From the NCBI GenBank assembly GCA_965279525.1, contig CBDIIB010000003.1, positions 480,001-544,000 of the forward strand: a DNA stretch of 64,000 nucleotides. The letters run 5' to 3'. This document shows, in pieces, positions 30,002 to 42,770 of the stretch. The stretch is from Tagaea sp. (GTDB lineage Bacteria > Pseudomonadota > Alphaproteobacteria > CACIAM-22H2). Under the pieces are notes generated by a model. It was given only the letters and a program-made list of their open reading frames with translations, searched no databases and was not told the DNA's origin. Positions within the stretch are counted from its first letter, which is position 1. Every line of letters begins with the position of its first letter. The translations under genes were made by a program, and so were the position numbers.

Positions 30002-30823
30002 TTAGCGGAAGAGTCCGAGAAGGACGGACGGCTGCTGGTTGGCGATGGACAGCGACTGGATGCCGAGCTGCTGGCGAACCTGCAGCGCCTGCACCGCAGC
30101 GGCCGACTTGCCGATGTCAGCGTCGACGATGGCACCGAGGCCGGTCGTCGTGGAGTCCACGATCGCGTTCACGAAGCCCGACTGCAGCGTGAGCGTACGC
30201 GTTTCGGCAGCGTTGGAACCGAGCGAGGTCGCAACGGCCTGCTGGAACGTGTTGAGCGACGTGAGTGCGAGCGACGCAGCCGAAGCCGACGTGACCGACG
30301 AACCGTTGAAGGTCGTGAAGGCCGCGTTGACCGAGGACTGCGAGGTCATCGTGAGGGTCGTGGCAGTCGTGTCGGCAAGGAACGTCTTGGCGACCGAACC
30401 GGCCGACAGGAGGTTGGTGCCGTTGTAGTTCGCCTGGCTGATGAAGTTGTTGACCTGGCTCGTCATGGCGTTGAAGTCGGCGGTGTAGATCGTGCGCTGG
30501 TTGGCGGAGATCGACCCGTCGGCGAGCTGCGTGATCTTGGCCTGCAGGTTGCCGATGAGGTCGGAGATGTTGGTCAGCGCCGCCTGGGTGACGGAGCCGA
30601 GGCCAACGCCGTTGGCGAGAGAACCCTGCACGGCCGTGTAGGCCTGCAGGTTGCCGCGGATACCCTGCGCGACCGAGAAGGTCGACGCGTCATCCGACGC
30701 ATCCGCCACTCGATAGCCGGTCTGGACCTGCTTCGATGCGACGTTGAGTGCGGTTTGGGTGCTACGCAGCGAGGACAATGCGAGCATTGCGCCCACATTG
30801 GTATTGACTGAATTGGCAGCCAT
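30002..30823 (-). CDS. Flagellin (copy 1, 273 aa)
   Basis: SVNTNVGAM..L, TGYRVADASDDAS, YNGTNLL, IVDADI...LQVRQQLGIQSLSIANQQP..LLGLFR. Confidence 0.95.
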   Translation of the reverse strand: MAANSVNTNVGAMLALSSLRSTQTALNVASKQVQTGYRVADASDDASTFSVAQGIRGNLQAYTAVQGSLANGVGLGSVTQAALTNISDLIGNLQAKITQLADGSISANQRTIYTADFNAMTSQVNNFISQANYNGTNLLSAGSVAKTFLADTTATTLTMTSQSSVNAAFTTFNGSSVTSASAASLALTSLNTFQQAVATSLGSNAAETRTLTLQSGFVNAIVDSTTTGLGAIVDADIGKSAAAVQALQVRQQLGIQSLSIANQQPSVLLGLFR

Positions 30824-31011
30824 TTTTTGGTCCCTTTCTGGTCAGTTGGTTTCGACTTCTGTCGAACCTGGAGTTCATGTCGTTCGGTTTTTCGGGTTTC
30901 CCCGAAGAATGCGAACAGGTCACGCCGGACCCACGAACTACCGAGCAATTACACACTACGGGAAAACATGCGGTTACACAAGTAGCTCATAATATTGGGT
31001 TTATTGCGCTT

Positions 31012-31027
31012 TTAAATATATATTAAC
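31012..31027. promoter_or_regulatory. CtrA box upstream of flagellin 1
   Basis: TTAA-ATATATA-TTAAC = TTAA-N7-TTAAC. Confidence 0.7.
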
Positions 31028-31089
31028 TTAAATTTTAAATATAGATGCCGAAGGTTGAATATCGTGTTGATTTCGGAGAACAGGCGGGA

Positions 31090-31923
31090 TTAGCGGACGA
31101 AACCGAGGAGCGCGCTTGGCTGCCGGTTGGCGATCGACAGGCTCGAGAAGGCGAGCTGCTGGCCGACCCCGCGTGCCGACGACTGGGCGGAAGCGGCCCC
31201 GATGTCGGCATCGACGAGTGCGCCGAGGCCGATCTGGATGGCATCGACCGTCGAATCGATCTGGGAGGATTGCTGGCTCAGCGTGCGCGTCTCGGCCGCG
31301 TTCTGGCCCGATGCCTGGCCAAGCGTCGTCTGGAACGTCTGGAGGGCGCCGAGGGTCGCGACCGCACCGGCCGACGACGACGTGTCGATGGCGCCCTGGA
31401 AGGCGGTAAGGCCGGTGCCGACCTGGCTCTGGCTCGACACGGTCAGCGAGCTGCCGCTCGTGTCGGCAAGGAAGCTTGTCGAGGGCGCACCTGTCTGCAG
31501 CAGGTTCGTGCCGTTGAAGCTCGCCTGCTGGACGGTGTTCTGGAGCTGGCTGCTCAACGCCTGCACGTCCGCCGAATAGATCGCCCGCTGCTCGGCCGAG
31601 ATCGATCCGTCGGCAAGGCTCGTCAGTTTCTGCTGGAGCTGGTTGGTGAGATCCGTCGCCTGGCTGATCGCGGCCTGCGTGACGGCTCCAAGGCCGGCCC
31701 CGTTGGCAAGCGAACCCTGGACCGCGCTGAATGCCTGGATTTCGCCGCGCAGGCCTTGGGCAACGGCGAAGGTCGACGCGCCGTCGGCCGCATCGGCGAC
31801 CTTGAAGGCGGTCTGCAGCTGCTTTTGCGCGACCTGCAGGCCCGCCTGCTGCGTGCGCGCCGACGACAGCGCGCGAAACGAAGCGGGATTGGTATTGACG
31901 GAGTTGCCGATCGATCCGGTCAT
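31090..31923 (-). CDS. Divergent flagellin (copy 2, 277 aa)
   Basis: SVNTNP, FNGTNLL, LVDADIG, LSIANRQP; clearly more diverged than the other three. Confidence 0.9.
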   Translation of the reverse strand: MTGSIGNSVNTNPASFRALSSARTQQAGLQVAQKQLQTAFKVADAADGASTFAVAQGLRGEIQAFSAVQGSLANGAGLGAVTQAAISQATDLTNQLQQKLTSLADGSISAEQRAIYSADVQALSSQLQNTVQQASFNGTNLLQTGAPSTSFLADTSGSSLTVSSQSQVGTGLTAFQGAIDTSSSAGAVATLGALQTFQTTLGQASGQNAAETRTLSQQSSQIDSTVDAIQIGLGALVDADIGAASAQSSARGVGQQLAFSSLSIANRQPSALLGFVR

Positions 31924-31992
31924 GATCGGATATTACAGGATGTGGTGCGTTTTGAGGAGTCCCTCGTCGTCAAGTGCCTCATCCTACAAACG

Positions 31993-32022
31993 AAACGGGG
32001 GCGGCCCTTGGGCCGCCCCCGT
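31993..32022 (-). terminator. Terminator after flagellin 3
   Basis: ACGGGGGCGGCCC-TT-GGGCCGCCCCCGT, T-rich tail on the minus strand. Confidence 0.85.
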
Positions 32023-32046
32023 CCGTCTTTGGTATTCCGCCGGAAG

Positions 32047-32865
32047 TTAGCGGAAGAGGCCGAGCAGCACGGACGGCTGCTGGTTGGCGATGGACAGCGA
32101 CTGGATGCCGAGCTGCTGGCGGACCTGCAGCGCCTGCACCGAGGCCGAGGCCTTGCCGATGTCGGCGTCGACGATGGCGCCGAGACCGGTCGTGGTCGCG
32201 TCGACGATCGCGTTCACGAAGCTCGACTGCAGCGTCAGCGTGCGCGTTTCCGCCGCGTTGGCACCCAGCGAGCTGGCAACCGCCTGCGCGAAGGTGTTGA
32301 GCGAGGTGAGCGCCAGCGTTGCCGCCGAAGCCGACGTGACCGACGAACCGTTGAAGGTCGTGAAGGCCGCGTTGACCGAGGACTGCGAGGTCATCGTCAG
32401 CGTCACGGCGTTGGTGTCGGCAAGGAACGTCTTGGCGACCGAGGCGGCCGAAATCAGGTTCGTGCCGTTGTAGTTCGCCTGCGTGATGAAGTTGTTGATC
32501 TGCGAGGTCATCGCGTTGAAGTCGGCGGTGTAGATCGTGCGCTGGTTGGCGCTGATCGACCCGTCGGCGAGCTGCGTGATCTTGGCCTGCAGGTTGCCGA
32601 CCAGATCCGAGATGTTGGTGAGGGCGGCCTGCGTGACGGAGCCGAGGCCGACGCCGTTGGCGAGCGAGCCCTGGACGGCCTGATAGGCCTGCAGGTTGCC
32701 GCGGATGCCCTGGGCGACCGAGAAGGTCGAGGCGTCGTCGGCAGCGTCCGCGACCCGGTAACCGGTCTGGACCTGCTTGGAGGCGACGTTGAGGGCGGAT
32801 TGCGTGGTGCGCAGCGAGGCCAGAGCCACCATTGCGCCGACGTTGGTATTGATCGAGTTGGACAT
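32047..32865 (-). CDS. Flagellin (copy 3, 272 aa)
   Basis: Same N- and C-terminal flagellin motifs as copy 1. Confidence 0.95.
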   Translation of the reverse strand: MSNSINTNVGAMVALASLRTTQSALNVASKQVQTGYRVADAADDASTFSVAQGIRGNLQAYQAVQGSLANGVGLGSVTQAALTNISDLVGNLQAKITQLADGSISANQRTIYTADFNAMTSQINNFITQANYNGTNLISAASVAKTFLADTNAVTLTMTSQSSVNAAFTTFNGSSVTSASAATLALTSLNTFAQAVASSLGANAAETRTLTLQSSFVNAIVDATTTGLGAIVDADIGKASASVQALQVRQQLGIQSLSIANQQPSVLLGLFR

Positions 32866-33066
32866 TGGGTTGGTACCTTTCCTTCTGGAAGTGGTTGCGG
32901 CCGGCTTCTGCCGATCGGTCGTTGGACGAAGTAATCAGACCATGACGGTTGTAGGGCGTCACGGCAAAATTTGTTACAGCCGGAGCTGCCACGCGAACGG
33001 CGGCAAATCTCGCAAAAATGATCCGTCGATTAGTGATTTGATTTTAATGAAGATCTGGAATTTTGA

Positions 33067-33081
33067 TTAATCAGTGATTAA
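33067..33081. promoter_or_regulatory. CtrA box upstream of flagellin 3
   Basis: TTAA-TCAGTGA-TTAA. Confidence 0.7.
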
Positions 33082-33165
33082 TGCCCGCATCGATTACGGG
33101 GGCAGTCCCGCAAATTTTGCAACTCTTGAGCGCCGCCAAATTCGGTTTTCGGGGTGCCCCAAACG

Positions 33166-33195
33166 AAACGGGGGCGGCCCTTGGGCCGCCCCCGT
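33166..33195 (-). terminator. Terminator after flagellin 4 (same hairpin as after flagellin 3)
   Basis: ACGGGGGCGGCCC-TT-GGGCCGCCCCCGT. Confidence 0.85.
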
Positions 33196-33219
33196 CCGTC
33201 TTGGATATTCCGCCGGAAG

Positions 33220-34038
33220 TTAGCGGAAGAGGCCGAGCAGGATCGAAGGCTGCTGGTTGGCGATCGACAGCGACTGGATGCCGAGCTGCTGGCGGACCTG
33301 CAGCGACTGCACCGAGGCTGAGGCCTTGCCGATGTCGGCGTCGACGATGGCGCCCAGACCTGCCGTCGTGGCGTCGACGATCGCGTTCACGAAGTTCGAC
33401 TGCAGCGACATCGTGCGCGTCTGCGCGGCATTCCCGCCCAGCGCGGTCGAAACGGCCGTCGAGAACGTGGCGAGCGACGTGAGTGCAAGCGTTGCCGCCG
33501 AAGCCGAAGTGACCGAAGACGGCGTGAAGGTCGTGAAGGCCGCGCCGACTGTCGACTGCGCGGTCATCGTCAGCGCAACGCCGCTGGTGTCGGCAAGGAA
33601 CGTCTTGGCGGCGGAACCGAGCGAAAGAAGGTTCGTGCCGTTGTAGTTCGCCTGGCTGATGAAGTTCGCGACCTGCGAGGTCATCGCGCCGAAGTCGGCG
33701 GCGAAGATGGCGCGCTGTCCGGCGCTGATCGCCCCGTCGGCGAGCTGGGTGATCTTGGCCTGCATGTTGCCGACCAGGTCCGAAATCTGCGTGAGTGCCG
33801 CCTGCGTGACCGAGCCGAGGCCCACGCCGTTGGAGAGCGAACCCTGGACGGCCTGATAGGCCTGCAGGTTGCCGCGGATGCCCTGGGCGACCGAGAAGGT
33901 CGACGCGTCATCGGCAGCGTCCGCGACCCGGTAACCGGTCTGGACCTGCTTGGAGGCGACGTTGAGGGCGGATTGCGTGGTGCGCAGCGAGGCCAGAGCC
34001 ACCATCGCGCCGACATTGGTATTGATCGAATTCGCCAT
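33220..34038 (-). CDS. Flagellin (copy 4, 272 aa)
   Basis: MANSINTNVGAM..., LQVRQQLGIQSLSIANQQP. Confidence 0.95.
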   Translation of the reverse strand: MANSINTNVGAMVALASLRTTQSALNVASKQVQTGYRVADAADDASTFSVAQGIRGNLQAYQAVQGSLSNGVGLGSVTQAALTQISDLVGNMQAKITQLADGAISAGQRAIFAADFGAMTSQVANFISQANYNGTNLLSLGSAAKTFLADTSGVALTMTAQSTVGAAFTTFTPSSVTSASAATLALTSLATFSTAVSTALGGNAAQTRTMSLQSNFVNAIVDATTAGLGAIVDADIGKASASVQSLQVRQQLGIQSLSIANQQPSILLGLFR

Positions 34039-34307
34039 TTTGGATTCCCTTCTTTCTGTGGGTAAATGGAACCGGCTTCTGCCAGTCCCTTCTGTCGTGC
34101 GGACAGACAACCATGAGGCGCATCGAAAAATCTTCAAAAAAATTTTGCGGATCAATACGTTAGTAGGCTATTTTGTGGAAAAATGATGTCTCAAAAATTT
34201 CCATATTTATGACGTTGCACAACAATTCCAGATTGCTAAAAAAGTTGAAAAAAGTTTTTAGATGCCAAATTGGAGCGCGGGTACAGATTCCCCGTTCTGC
34301 AGCCCGA

Positions 34308-34336
34308 TTGACGCCGGACGGCAAGCCGAGTACGAG
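34308..34336 (+). promoter_or_regulatory. Sigma70 promoter of tRNA-Leu/tig
   Basis: TTGACG-N17-TACGAG. Confidence 0.55.
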
Positions 34337-34369
34337 GGGCGCCCCAAATGCCGCAGAAATGCCGGCCGT

Positions 34370-34454
34370 GCGGGCGTGGTGAAACTGGTAGACACGCGAG
34401 ATTTAGGTTCTCGTGACGTAAGTCGTGGGGGTTCAAGTCCCTCCGCCCGCACCA
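34370..34454 (+). tRNA. tRNA-Leu(TAG)
   Basis: GCGGGCG/CGCCCGC acceptor stem, anticodon arm CGAGA-TTTAGGT-TCTCG, long variable arm, GGTTCAAGTCC, CCA. Confidence 0.97.
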
Positions 34455-34522
34455 GTTTCGAACTTCGCCCCGGACGTGCCGACGGCCCCTGCCGGTCCCC
34501 GAAAATCCGCAAGTGGGATACC

Positions 34523-35848
34523 ATGCAAGTCACCGAAACACTGAATGACGGTCTGAAGCGCGGCTACAAGGTCGTCGTCTCGGCCACCGATATCGCCGCC
34601 AAGATCGAGATCGAACTGGACGACCTTTCCAAGAAGGTCAACCTGCCGGGCTTCCGTCCGGGCAAGGCGCCCAAGGGCGTGCTCAAGCAGCGCTACGGCC
34701 AGTCGGTCATGGGCGACGTGCTCCAGCGCGCGGTGCAGGACTCGTCGAGCCAGGCGATCCTCGAGCGCGGCCTGAAGCCGGCGCTGCAGCCGAAGATCGA
34801 GGTCGTCAGCTTCGCCGAAGGCAAGGACCTCGAGTACAACCTCGCGGTCGAGGTGCTGCCGGAAATCGCACCGGTCGATTTCAAGTCGATCGAACTCGTG
34901 CGCCTGAAGGCGGAGCCCGGCGAAACCGAGATCGTCAAGGCCCTCGACAGCCTCGCGCGCTCGCAAAAGCAGACCAAGAAGGTCGAGGACAAGCGCCCGG
35001 CGAAGTCCGGCGACACGCTCGTCATCGATTTCGAGGGCTTCCTCGACGGCGTGCCGTTCAACGGCGGCAAGGGCAGCGACCACGCGCTCGAGCTGGGCTC
35101 GAACCAGTTCGTCAAGGGCTTCGAGGACCAGCTGGTCGGCAAGCAGGTCGGCGACAAGTGCGACGTCAACATCGTCTTCCCCGAGCAGTACGTGAACGAC
35201 CAGCTTGCGGGCAAGCCCGCGACCTTCAAGGTCGAGATCAAGGAACTTCGCGAAGCGGTCCCGCTGGTGCAGGACGACGAGTTCGCCAAGGGCCTCGGTT
35301 TCGACGATCTCGAGACGCTGAAGAAGGCGGTCAAGGACCAGCTCGCCCGCGAGCTGACGCGCCATGCCCGCACCAAGCTGAAGCGCCAGCTGCTCGACAA
35401 GCTCGCCGACGCGCACAGCTTCGCCGTGCCCCCGGGCATGGTCGATGCCGAGTTCGCCCAGATCTGGGGCCAGGTCGAGGAAGAGCGCAAGCGCGGCTAC
35501 GAGGATCCCGAGCACAAGGGCAAGTCGGACGACGACATCAAGGCGGACTACCGGAAGATCGCCGAGCGTCGCGTGCGCCTGGGCCTGCTGCTTGCCGAAA
35601 TCGGCACCACCAACAACGTCCAGGTGGCGCAGGAAGAGGTCAACCGGGCGCTGGCCGAGCAGGCCCGCCGCTATCCCGGCCAGGAGCGCGAGATCGTCGA
35701 CCTCTACCGCAAGAACCCCGAGGCGCTCGCCCAGCTTCGCGCGCCGATCTTCGAGGACAAGGTGATCGACTTCATCGTCGAGCTCGCCAAGGTCACCGAA
35801 AAGGAAGTCTCGTCCGAGGAACTGACCAAGGAAGACGAAGCCGCCTGA
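34523..35848 (+). CDS. tig: Trigger factor
   Basis: [18 protein letters not shown] domain, AERRVRLGL. Confidence 0.97.
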   Translation: MQVTETLNDGLKRGYKVVVSATDIAAKIEIELDDLSKKVNLPGFRPGKAPKGVLKQRYGQSVMGDVLQRAVQDSSSQAILERGLKPALQPKIEVVSFAEGKDLEYNLAVEVLPEIAPVDFKSIELVRLKAEPGETEIVKALDSLARSQKQTKKVEDKRPAKSGDTLVIDFEGFLDGVPFNGGKGSDHALELGSNQFVKGFEDQLVGKQVGDKCDVNIVFPEQYVNDQLAGKPATFKVEIKELREAVPLVQDDEFAKGLGFDDLETLKKAVKDQLARELTRHARTKLKRQLLDKLADAHSFAVPPGMVDAEFAQIWGQVEEERKRGYEDPEHKGKSDDDIKADYRKIAERRVRLGLLLAEIGTTNNVQVAQEEVNRALAEQARRYPGQEREIVDLYRKNPEALAQLRAPIFEDKVIDFIVELAKVTEKEVSSEELTKEDEAA

Positions 35849-35920
35849 CCGGCGGTTTCGTGGGAAATCCTGCGGCGGCGCGAGACAAGATCGCGCCGCC
35901 GTTTTCTTTTTGCCGGATCA

Positions 35921-35950
35921 CTTGATCGCCCGAGCGCGACCGGCCTACAT
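35921..35950 (+). promoter_or_regulatory. RpoH (sigma32)-like promoter of clpP
   Basis: CTTGAT-N17-CCTACAT. Confidence 0.55.
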
Positions 35951-36005
35951 ATATTCCAGACCGCTGCTGTTCCAGACTGCCGCGCCAATCCCGGGAGCCC
36001 TGCCA

Positions 36006-36638
36006 ATGTCGATCGACGTCCAGATGAACACCCTCGTGCCGATGGTCGTCGAACAGACGGCGCGCGGCGAACGTGCCTTCGACATCTATTCGCGCCTCCT
36101 CAAGGAGCGCATCATTTTCATGGTCGGCCCCGTCAACGACGCCGTGTCGAGCCTGATCTGCGCGCAGCTCCTGTTCCTCGAGAGCGAGAACCCCAAGAAG
36201 GACATCTCGCTCTACGTGAATTCGCCGGGCGGCGTCGTCACGTCGGGTCTCGCGATCTACGACACGATGCAGTACATCCGCCCGGACGTGGCGACGGTGT
36301 GCATCGGCCAGGCAGCCTCGATGGGTTCGCTGCTGCTGAGCGCGGGCGCCAAGGGCAAGCGCTTCTCGCTGCCCAACTCGCGCATCATGGTCCACCAGCC
36401 CTCGGGCGGCGCCCAGGGGCAGGCGACGGACATCGAGATCCAGGCGCGCGAGATCCTGAACCTGCGCAAGCGCCTCAACGAGATCTACGTGCGCCACACC
36501 GGCCAGCCGGTCGAGGCGATCGAGACCGCCCTCGAGCGCGACAAGTTCATGAACCCCGACGAGGCCAAGTCGTTCGGCCTCATCGACGAGGTCGTGACCG
36601 AGCGTCCGCCGCGGCCCGACGAAGCCAAGGCCGCCTGA
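36006..36638 (+). CDS. clpP: ATP-dependent Clp protease proteolytic subunit
   Basis: [30 protein letters not shown]. Confidence 0.98.
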   Translation: MSIDVQMNTLVPMVVEQTARGERAFDIYSRLLKERIIFMVGPVNDAVSSLICAQLLFLESENPKKDISLYVNSPGGVVTSGLAIYDTMQYIRPDVATVCIGQAASMGSLLLSAGAKGKRFSLPNSRIMVHQPSGGAQGQATDIEIQAREILNLRKRLNEIYVRHTGQPVEAIETALERDKFMNPDEAKSFGLIDEVVTERPPRPDEAKAA

Positions 36639-36865
36639 TCTCCCTGTTGGGGATGCGGGTTTCGAGGTCTGGCACGCGGCTTGTATCGTTGCAGCCGTGA
36701 CCCTATTCTTGTTCCGTCGCAGTGCGCATTCGTTCCCCGTGGGTTCCTGTTCGGTTTGCCCCGGCGGGAACGGCAGGTCCGGTTGCCGCAGCGGCAGGTG
36801 AGGGCTAACATCCAACCAAGTCCGGAGTCCCAATCCAGGGGCCGTCCGGACGGAGCGGTGACGGA

Positions 36866-38131
36866 ATGAACAAGTCCTCGGGCGATTCGAAGAACACCCT
36901 TTACTGCTCGTTCTGCGGCAAGAGCCAGCATGAGGTCCGCAAGCTGATCGCGGGCCCGACGGTATTCATCTGCGATGAATGCGTCGAACTGTGCATGGAC
37001 ATCATCCGCGAAGAGCACAAGACCACGCTGGTCAAGTCGCGCGACGGCGTGCCCACGCCCAAGGACATCTGCACGGTCCTCGACGACTACGTGATCGGCC
37101 AGGACCACGCCAAGAAGGTTCTCTCGGTCGCCGTGCACAACCACTACAAGCGCCTGTCGCATGGCCAGAAGGGCAACGAAGTCGAGATCGCCAAGTCGAA
37201 CATCCTGCTGGTCGGCCCGACGGGCTGCGGCAAGACGCTCTTGGCGCAGACGCTCGCGCGCATCATCGACGTGCCGTTCACGATGGCGGACGCCACGACG
37301 CTGACCGAAGCCGGCTATGTCGGCGAGGACGTCGAGAACATCATCCTGCGGCTGCTGCAGGCGGCCGACTACAACGTCGAGCGCGCCCAGCGCGGCATCG
37401 TCTATATCGACGAGGTCGACAAGATCAGCCGCAAGTCCGAGAACCCGTCGATCACGCGCGACGTGTCGGGCGAGGGCGTGCAGCAGGCCCTGCTGAAGAT
37501 CATGGAAGGCACGGTCGCCTCGGTTCCTCCGCAGGGCGGGCGCAAGCACCCCCAGCAGGAGTTCCTGCAGGTCGACACGACCAACATCCTGTTCATCTGC
37601 GGCGGCGCGTTCGCCGGCCTCGACAAGATCATCGCGGCGCGCTCGCGCGGCACGTCGATCGGCTTTGGCGCCGACGTGCGCGGCCCCGACGAGCGGACCA
37701 CGGGCCAGATCCTCAAGGACGTCGAGCCGGAGGATCTGCTCAAGTTCGGCCTGATCCCCGAATTCATCGGCCGCCTGCCGGTGGTGGCCACGCTCACCGA
37801 TCTTTCGGAAGACGCGCTGGTCGACATCCTGCAGAAGCCGAAGAACGCGCTGGTCAAGCAGTACCAGCGCCTGTTCGACATGGAAGGGATCAAGCTCTCG
37901 TTCTCGGACGACGCGATGAAGTCGGTCGCGCGCAAGGCGATCGCGCGCAAGACCGGTGCCCGCGGCCTTCGTTCGATCATGGAAGTGATCCTGCTGGAGA
38001 CCATGTTCGAACTGCCCGGCATGACCGGCGTCGAAGAGGTCGTGATCAACAGCGAAGTCGTCGAAGGTCGCGCCAAACCCCTGCACGTGCATGGCGAACG
38101 CCCGCCGGCACAGGTCGGAACCTCGGCTTGA
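36866..38131 (+). CDS. clpX: Clp protease ATP-binding subunit ClpX
   Basis: CSFCGK zinc finger, [16 protein letters not shown] loop, GARGLR. Confidence 0.99.
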   Translation: MNKSSGDSKNTLYCSFCGKSQHEVRKLIAGPTVFICDECVELCMDIIREEHKTTLVKSRDGVPTPKDICTVLDDYVIGQDHAKKVLSVAVHNHYKRLSHGQKGNEVEIAKSNILLVGPTGCGKTLLAQTLARIIDVPFTMADATTLTEAGYVGEDVENIILRLLQAADYNVERAQRGIVYIDEVDKISRKSENPSITRDVSGEGVQQALLKIMEGTVASVPPQGGRKHPQQEFLQVDTTNILFICGGAFAGLDKIIAARSRGTSIGFGADVRGPDERTTGQILKDVEPEDLLKFGLIPEFIGRLPVVATLTDLSEDALVDILQKPKNALVKQYQRLFDMEGIKLSFSDDAMKSVARKAIARKTGARGLRSIMEVILLETMFELPGMTGVEEVVINSEVVEGRAKPLHVHGERPPAQVGTSA

Positions 38132-38142
38132 CAGTGCGCGCC

Positions 38143-38172
38143 CTTGATCGGGCGCGCCCTTCGGCCCAATTT
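38143..38172 (+). promoter_or_regulatory. RpoH-like promoter of lon
   Basis: CTTGAT-N17-CCAATTT. Confidence 0.45.
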
Positions 38173-38281
38173 ATCCGGATGAGGCCCGCCATTCCGGGGC
38201 TTTTTATGTAGCGGACGGACGGGAATCGCTCCCACGATGGGGGATGACCGGCCGGGCCGGCGACGAGGAAAGACAGTCCAT

Positions 38282-40684
<2,403 letters not shown>

Positions 40685-40797
40685 CGTCATTCGTCATTTT
40701 CGAACGTCCGACGGCCGGAGTGCAAAACGCCCTCCGGCCGTCGTCGCATGTGCGGATTGTCAAGCCGCAATTCCTGTGGGTTTTTCGCGCCACGCGA

Positions 40798-40826
40798 TTG
40801 ACGACGGCGGACGACACGCCTAGAAC
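40798..40826 (+). promoter_or_regulatory. Sigma70 promoter of hup/tRNA-Val
   Basis: TTGACG-N17-TAGAAC. Confidence 0.55.
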
Positions 40827-40899
40827 GGGTTTCGTTTTGCGGAAGGCGGCTACCGCCGGTCGCATCGCTCGCATCCAACGACGGGAGCCAGGCCGGCCC

Positions 40900-41172
40900 G
40901 TGAACAAGAACGATTTGGTCGCGGCCGTCGCCGCACGGACGGATCTCTCGAAGGATCAGGCGGCTTCGGCGCTCGATGCCGCGCTTGAGACGATCGCGCG
41001 CCAGCTTCGCAAGGGCGAAGACGTCAAGCTGTTCGGCTTCGGCACCTTCTATGTCGCCATGCGCAAGGCCAGCGAAGGCCGCAACCCGCGCACCGGCGAG
41101 ACGATCCGCCTGAAGGCGAGCCGCTGTCCCAAGTTCAAGGCCGGCAAGTTCCTGCGCGACGGCCTCAAGTAA
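40900..41172 (+). CDS. hupB: Histone-like DNA-binding protein HU
   Basis: GTG start; [26 protein letters not shown]; follows lon. Confidence 0.93.
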   Translation: MNKNDLVAAVAARTDLSKDQAASALDAALETIARQLRKGEDVKLFGFGTFYVAMRKASEGRNPRTGETIRLKASRCPKFKAGKFLRDGLK

Positions 41173-41173
41173 C

Positions 41174-41248
41174 GGGCGGTTAGCTCAGCGGCAGAGCGTC
41201 TCGTTTACACCGAGAGTGTCGGGGGTTCGATCCCCTCACCGCCCACCA
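41174..41248 (+). tRNA. tRNA-Val(TAC)
   Basis: GGGCGGT/ACCGCCC acceptor stem, TCTCG-TTTACAC-CGAGA, GGTTCGATCCC, CCA. Confidence 0.96.
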
Positions 41249-41272
41249 TCCATCCATTGCGGGTATCGGCGC

Positions 41273-42382
41273 ATGAAAGTCGACGGCAGGCACTATCGTA
41301 CCATCTGGCCCGCCGCGGATGGCGGTGCCGTCGAGGTCATCGACCAGACGAAGCTGCCCCACCGCTTCGAGACCGTCCGCCTGGCGACGCTCGCGGACGC
41401 CGCGCGCGCGATCAAGACGATGATCGTGCGCGGCGCCCCGCTGATCGGTGCCACCGCCGCCTACGGCGTGGCGCTCGGCATGGATGCGGACGCGAGCGAT
41501 GCGGGACTTGGCCGGGCCTATGACACACTCGTCGTCACGCGGCCGACCGCGATCAACCTGCGCTGGGCGCTCGACCGCGTGCGCGACCGACTGCGGCCGC
41601 TGGCGCCTTCCGCGCGCGCCGCGGCGGCATGGGCGCTCGCCGGCGAGATCTGCGACGAGGACGTGGCGATCTGCGAGGCGATCGGGCGCAACGGCCTCGG
41701 GCTGATAAAGCAGGCCTACGAGAAGAAGGGCGGGAAGGGGCCGGTCAACGTCCTGACCCACTGCAACGCCGGCTGGCTCGCGACGGTCGACTGGGGAACG
41801 GCGATCGCGCCCATCTACATGGCGCACGATGCCGGCATCCCCGTCCATGTCTGGGTCGACGAGACCCGGCCGCGCAACCAGGGCGCCTCGCTGACGGCAT
41901 GGGAACTCGGCCGGCACGGCGTGGCGCACCATATCGTCGTCGACAATGCCGGCGGCCATCTGATGCAGCACGGCCTCGTCGACCTGTGCATCGTCGGGAC
42001 CGACCGCGTGACGGCGCAGGGCGACGTCTGCAACAAGATCGGCACGTATCTGAAGGCATTGGCCGCGCGCGACAACGGCGTGCCGTTCTATGTGGCGCTA
42101 CCCAGCCCGACGATCGACTGGACCGTCGTGGACGGCGTGAAGGAAATCCCGATCGAGGAGCGTGGGCCCGCCGAAGTCACCCGGATGAGCGGCCGCCTTG
42201 CCGACGGCAGCGTCGTCGAGGTCGATATCGCGGCCCCCGGCAGCCCGGCGCGCAACGACGCCTTCGACGTGACGCCGGCGCGCCTGGTGACGGCGCTGGT
42301 GACCGAGCGGGGCGTATGCGACGCCACGCCGGCCGGCCTGCGCGGGCTCTTTCCCCAGCAAAAGCAGGCCGCCACGCGCTAG
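41273..42382 (+). CDS. mtnA: S-methyl-5-thioribose-1-phosphate isomerase
   Basis: [51 protein letters not shown]. Confidence 0.95.
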   Translation: MKVDGRHYRTIWPAADGGAVEVIDQTKLPHRFETVRLATLADAARAIKTMIVRGAPLIGATAAYGVALGMDADASDAGLGRAYDTLVVTRPTAINLRWALDRVRDRLRPLAPSARAAAAWALAGEICDEDVAICEAIGRNGLGLIKQAYEKKGGKGPVNVLTHCNAGWLATVDWGTAIAPIYMAHDAGIPVHVWVDETRPRNQGASLTAWELGRHGVAHHIVVDNAGGHLMQHGLVDLCIVGTDRVTAQGDVCNKIGTYLKALAARDNGVPFYVALPSPTIDWTVVDGVKEIPIEERGPAEVTRMSGRLADGSVVEVDIAAPGSPARNDAFDVTPARLVTALVTERGVCDATPAGLRGLFPQQKQAATR

Positions 42383-42407
42383 TGCCGGTGGCCGCGGGCC
42401 GGATCGC

Positions 42408-42436
42408 TTGACGGGGCCTGCCCGGCCCGGTACATA
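42408..42436 (+). promoter_or_regulatory. Sigma70 promoter of tRNA-Asp
   Basis: TTGACG-N17-TACATA. Confidence 0.6.
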
Positions 42437-42463
42437 CGCCGGGCTTTTCGGGCGGAGTCCATT

Positions 42464-42540
<77 letters not shown>

Positions 42541-42770
42541 CTCCCCCGACCAGACGAATGTTGCAGTTCCAGCGCCCGTCATCCTTCCGGATGGCGGGCG
42601 TTGTTGCATTGCAGTAGATTTCGTTAACCGGACTTGGTCTAAGCTTCGGAATCGTGACCGCCCGGAGTCGGACGGAACGACCTAAATTGTTGGCAAAGCA
42701 GGGCGCATTGGCCTATACGAAGGGTCGGTATGGCCCGAGTGGCCTTGCGGCGGGGGTTTTGGGGGATCCG

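Noticed and set aside
32940-33010. Sigma54 promoter for flagellin 3
   Set aside because: TGGCAG is present on the minus strand but there is no GC at the -12 position.
34130-34260. AT-rich tract as a replication origin or foreign island
   Set aside because: No DnaA-box cluster seen; it lies between divergent flagellin and tRNA promoters, where A-tracts are expected.
34454-34523. Integrative element at the tRNA-Leu or tRNA-Asp 3' end
   Set aside because: No integrase and no duplicated tRNA 3' end; tig and nuoA follow in the usual order.
42620-42645. CtrA site upstream of nuoA (GTTAACC)
   Set aside because: Only a half-site; no second TTAA at 7-nt spacing.
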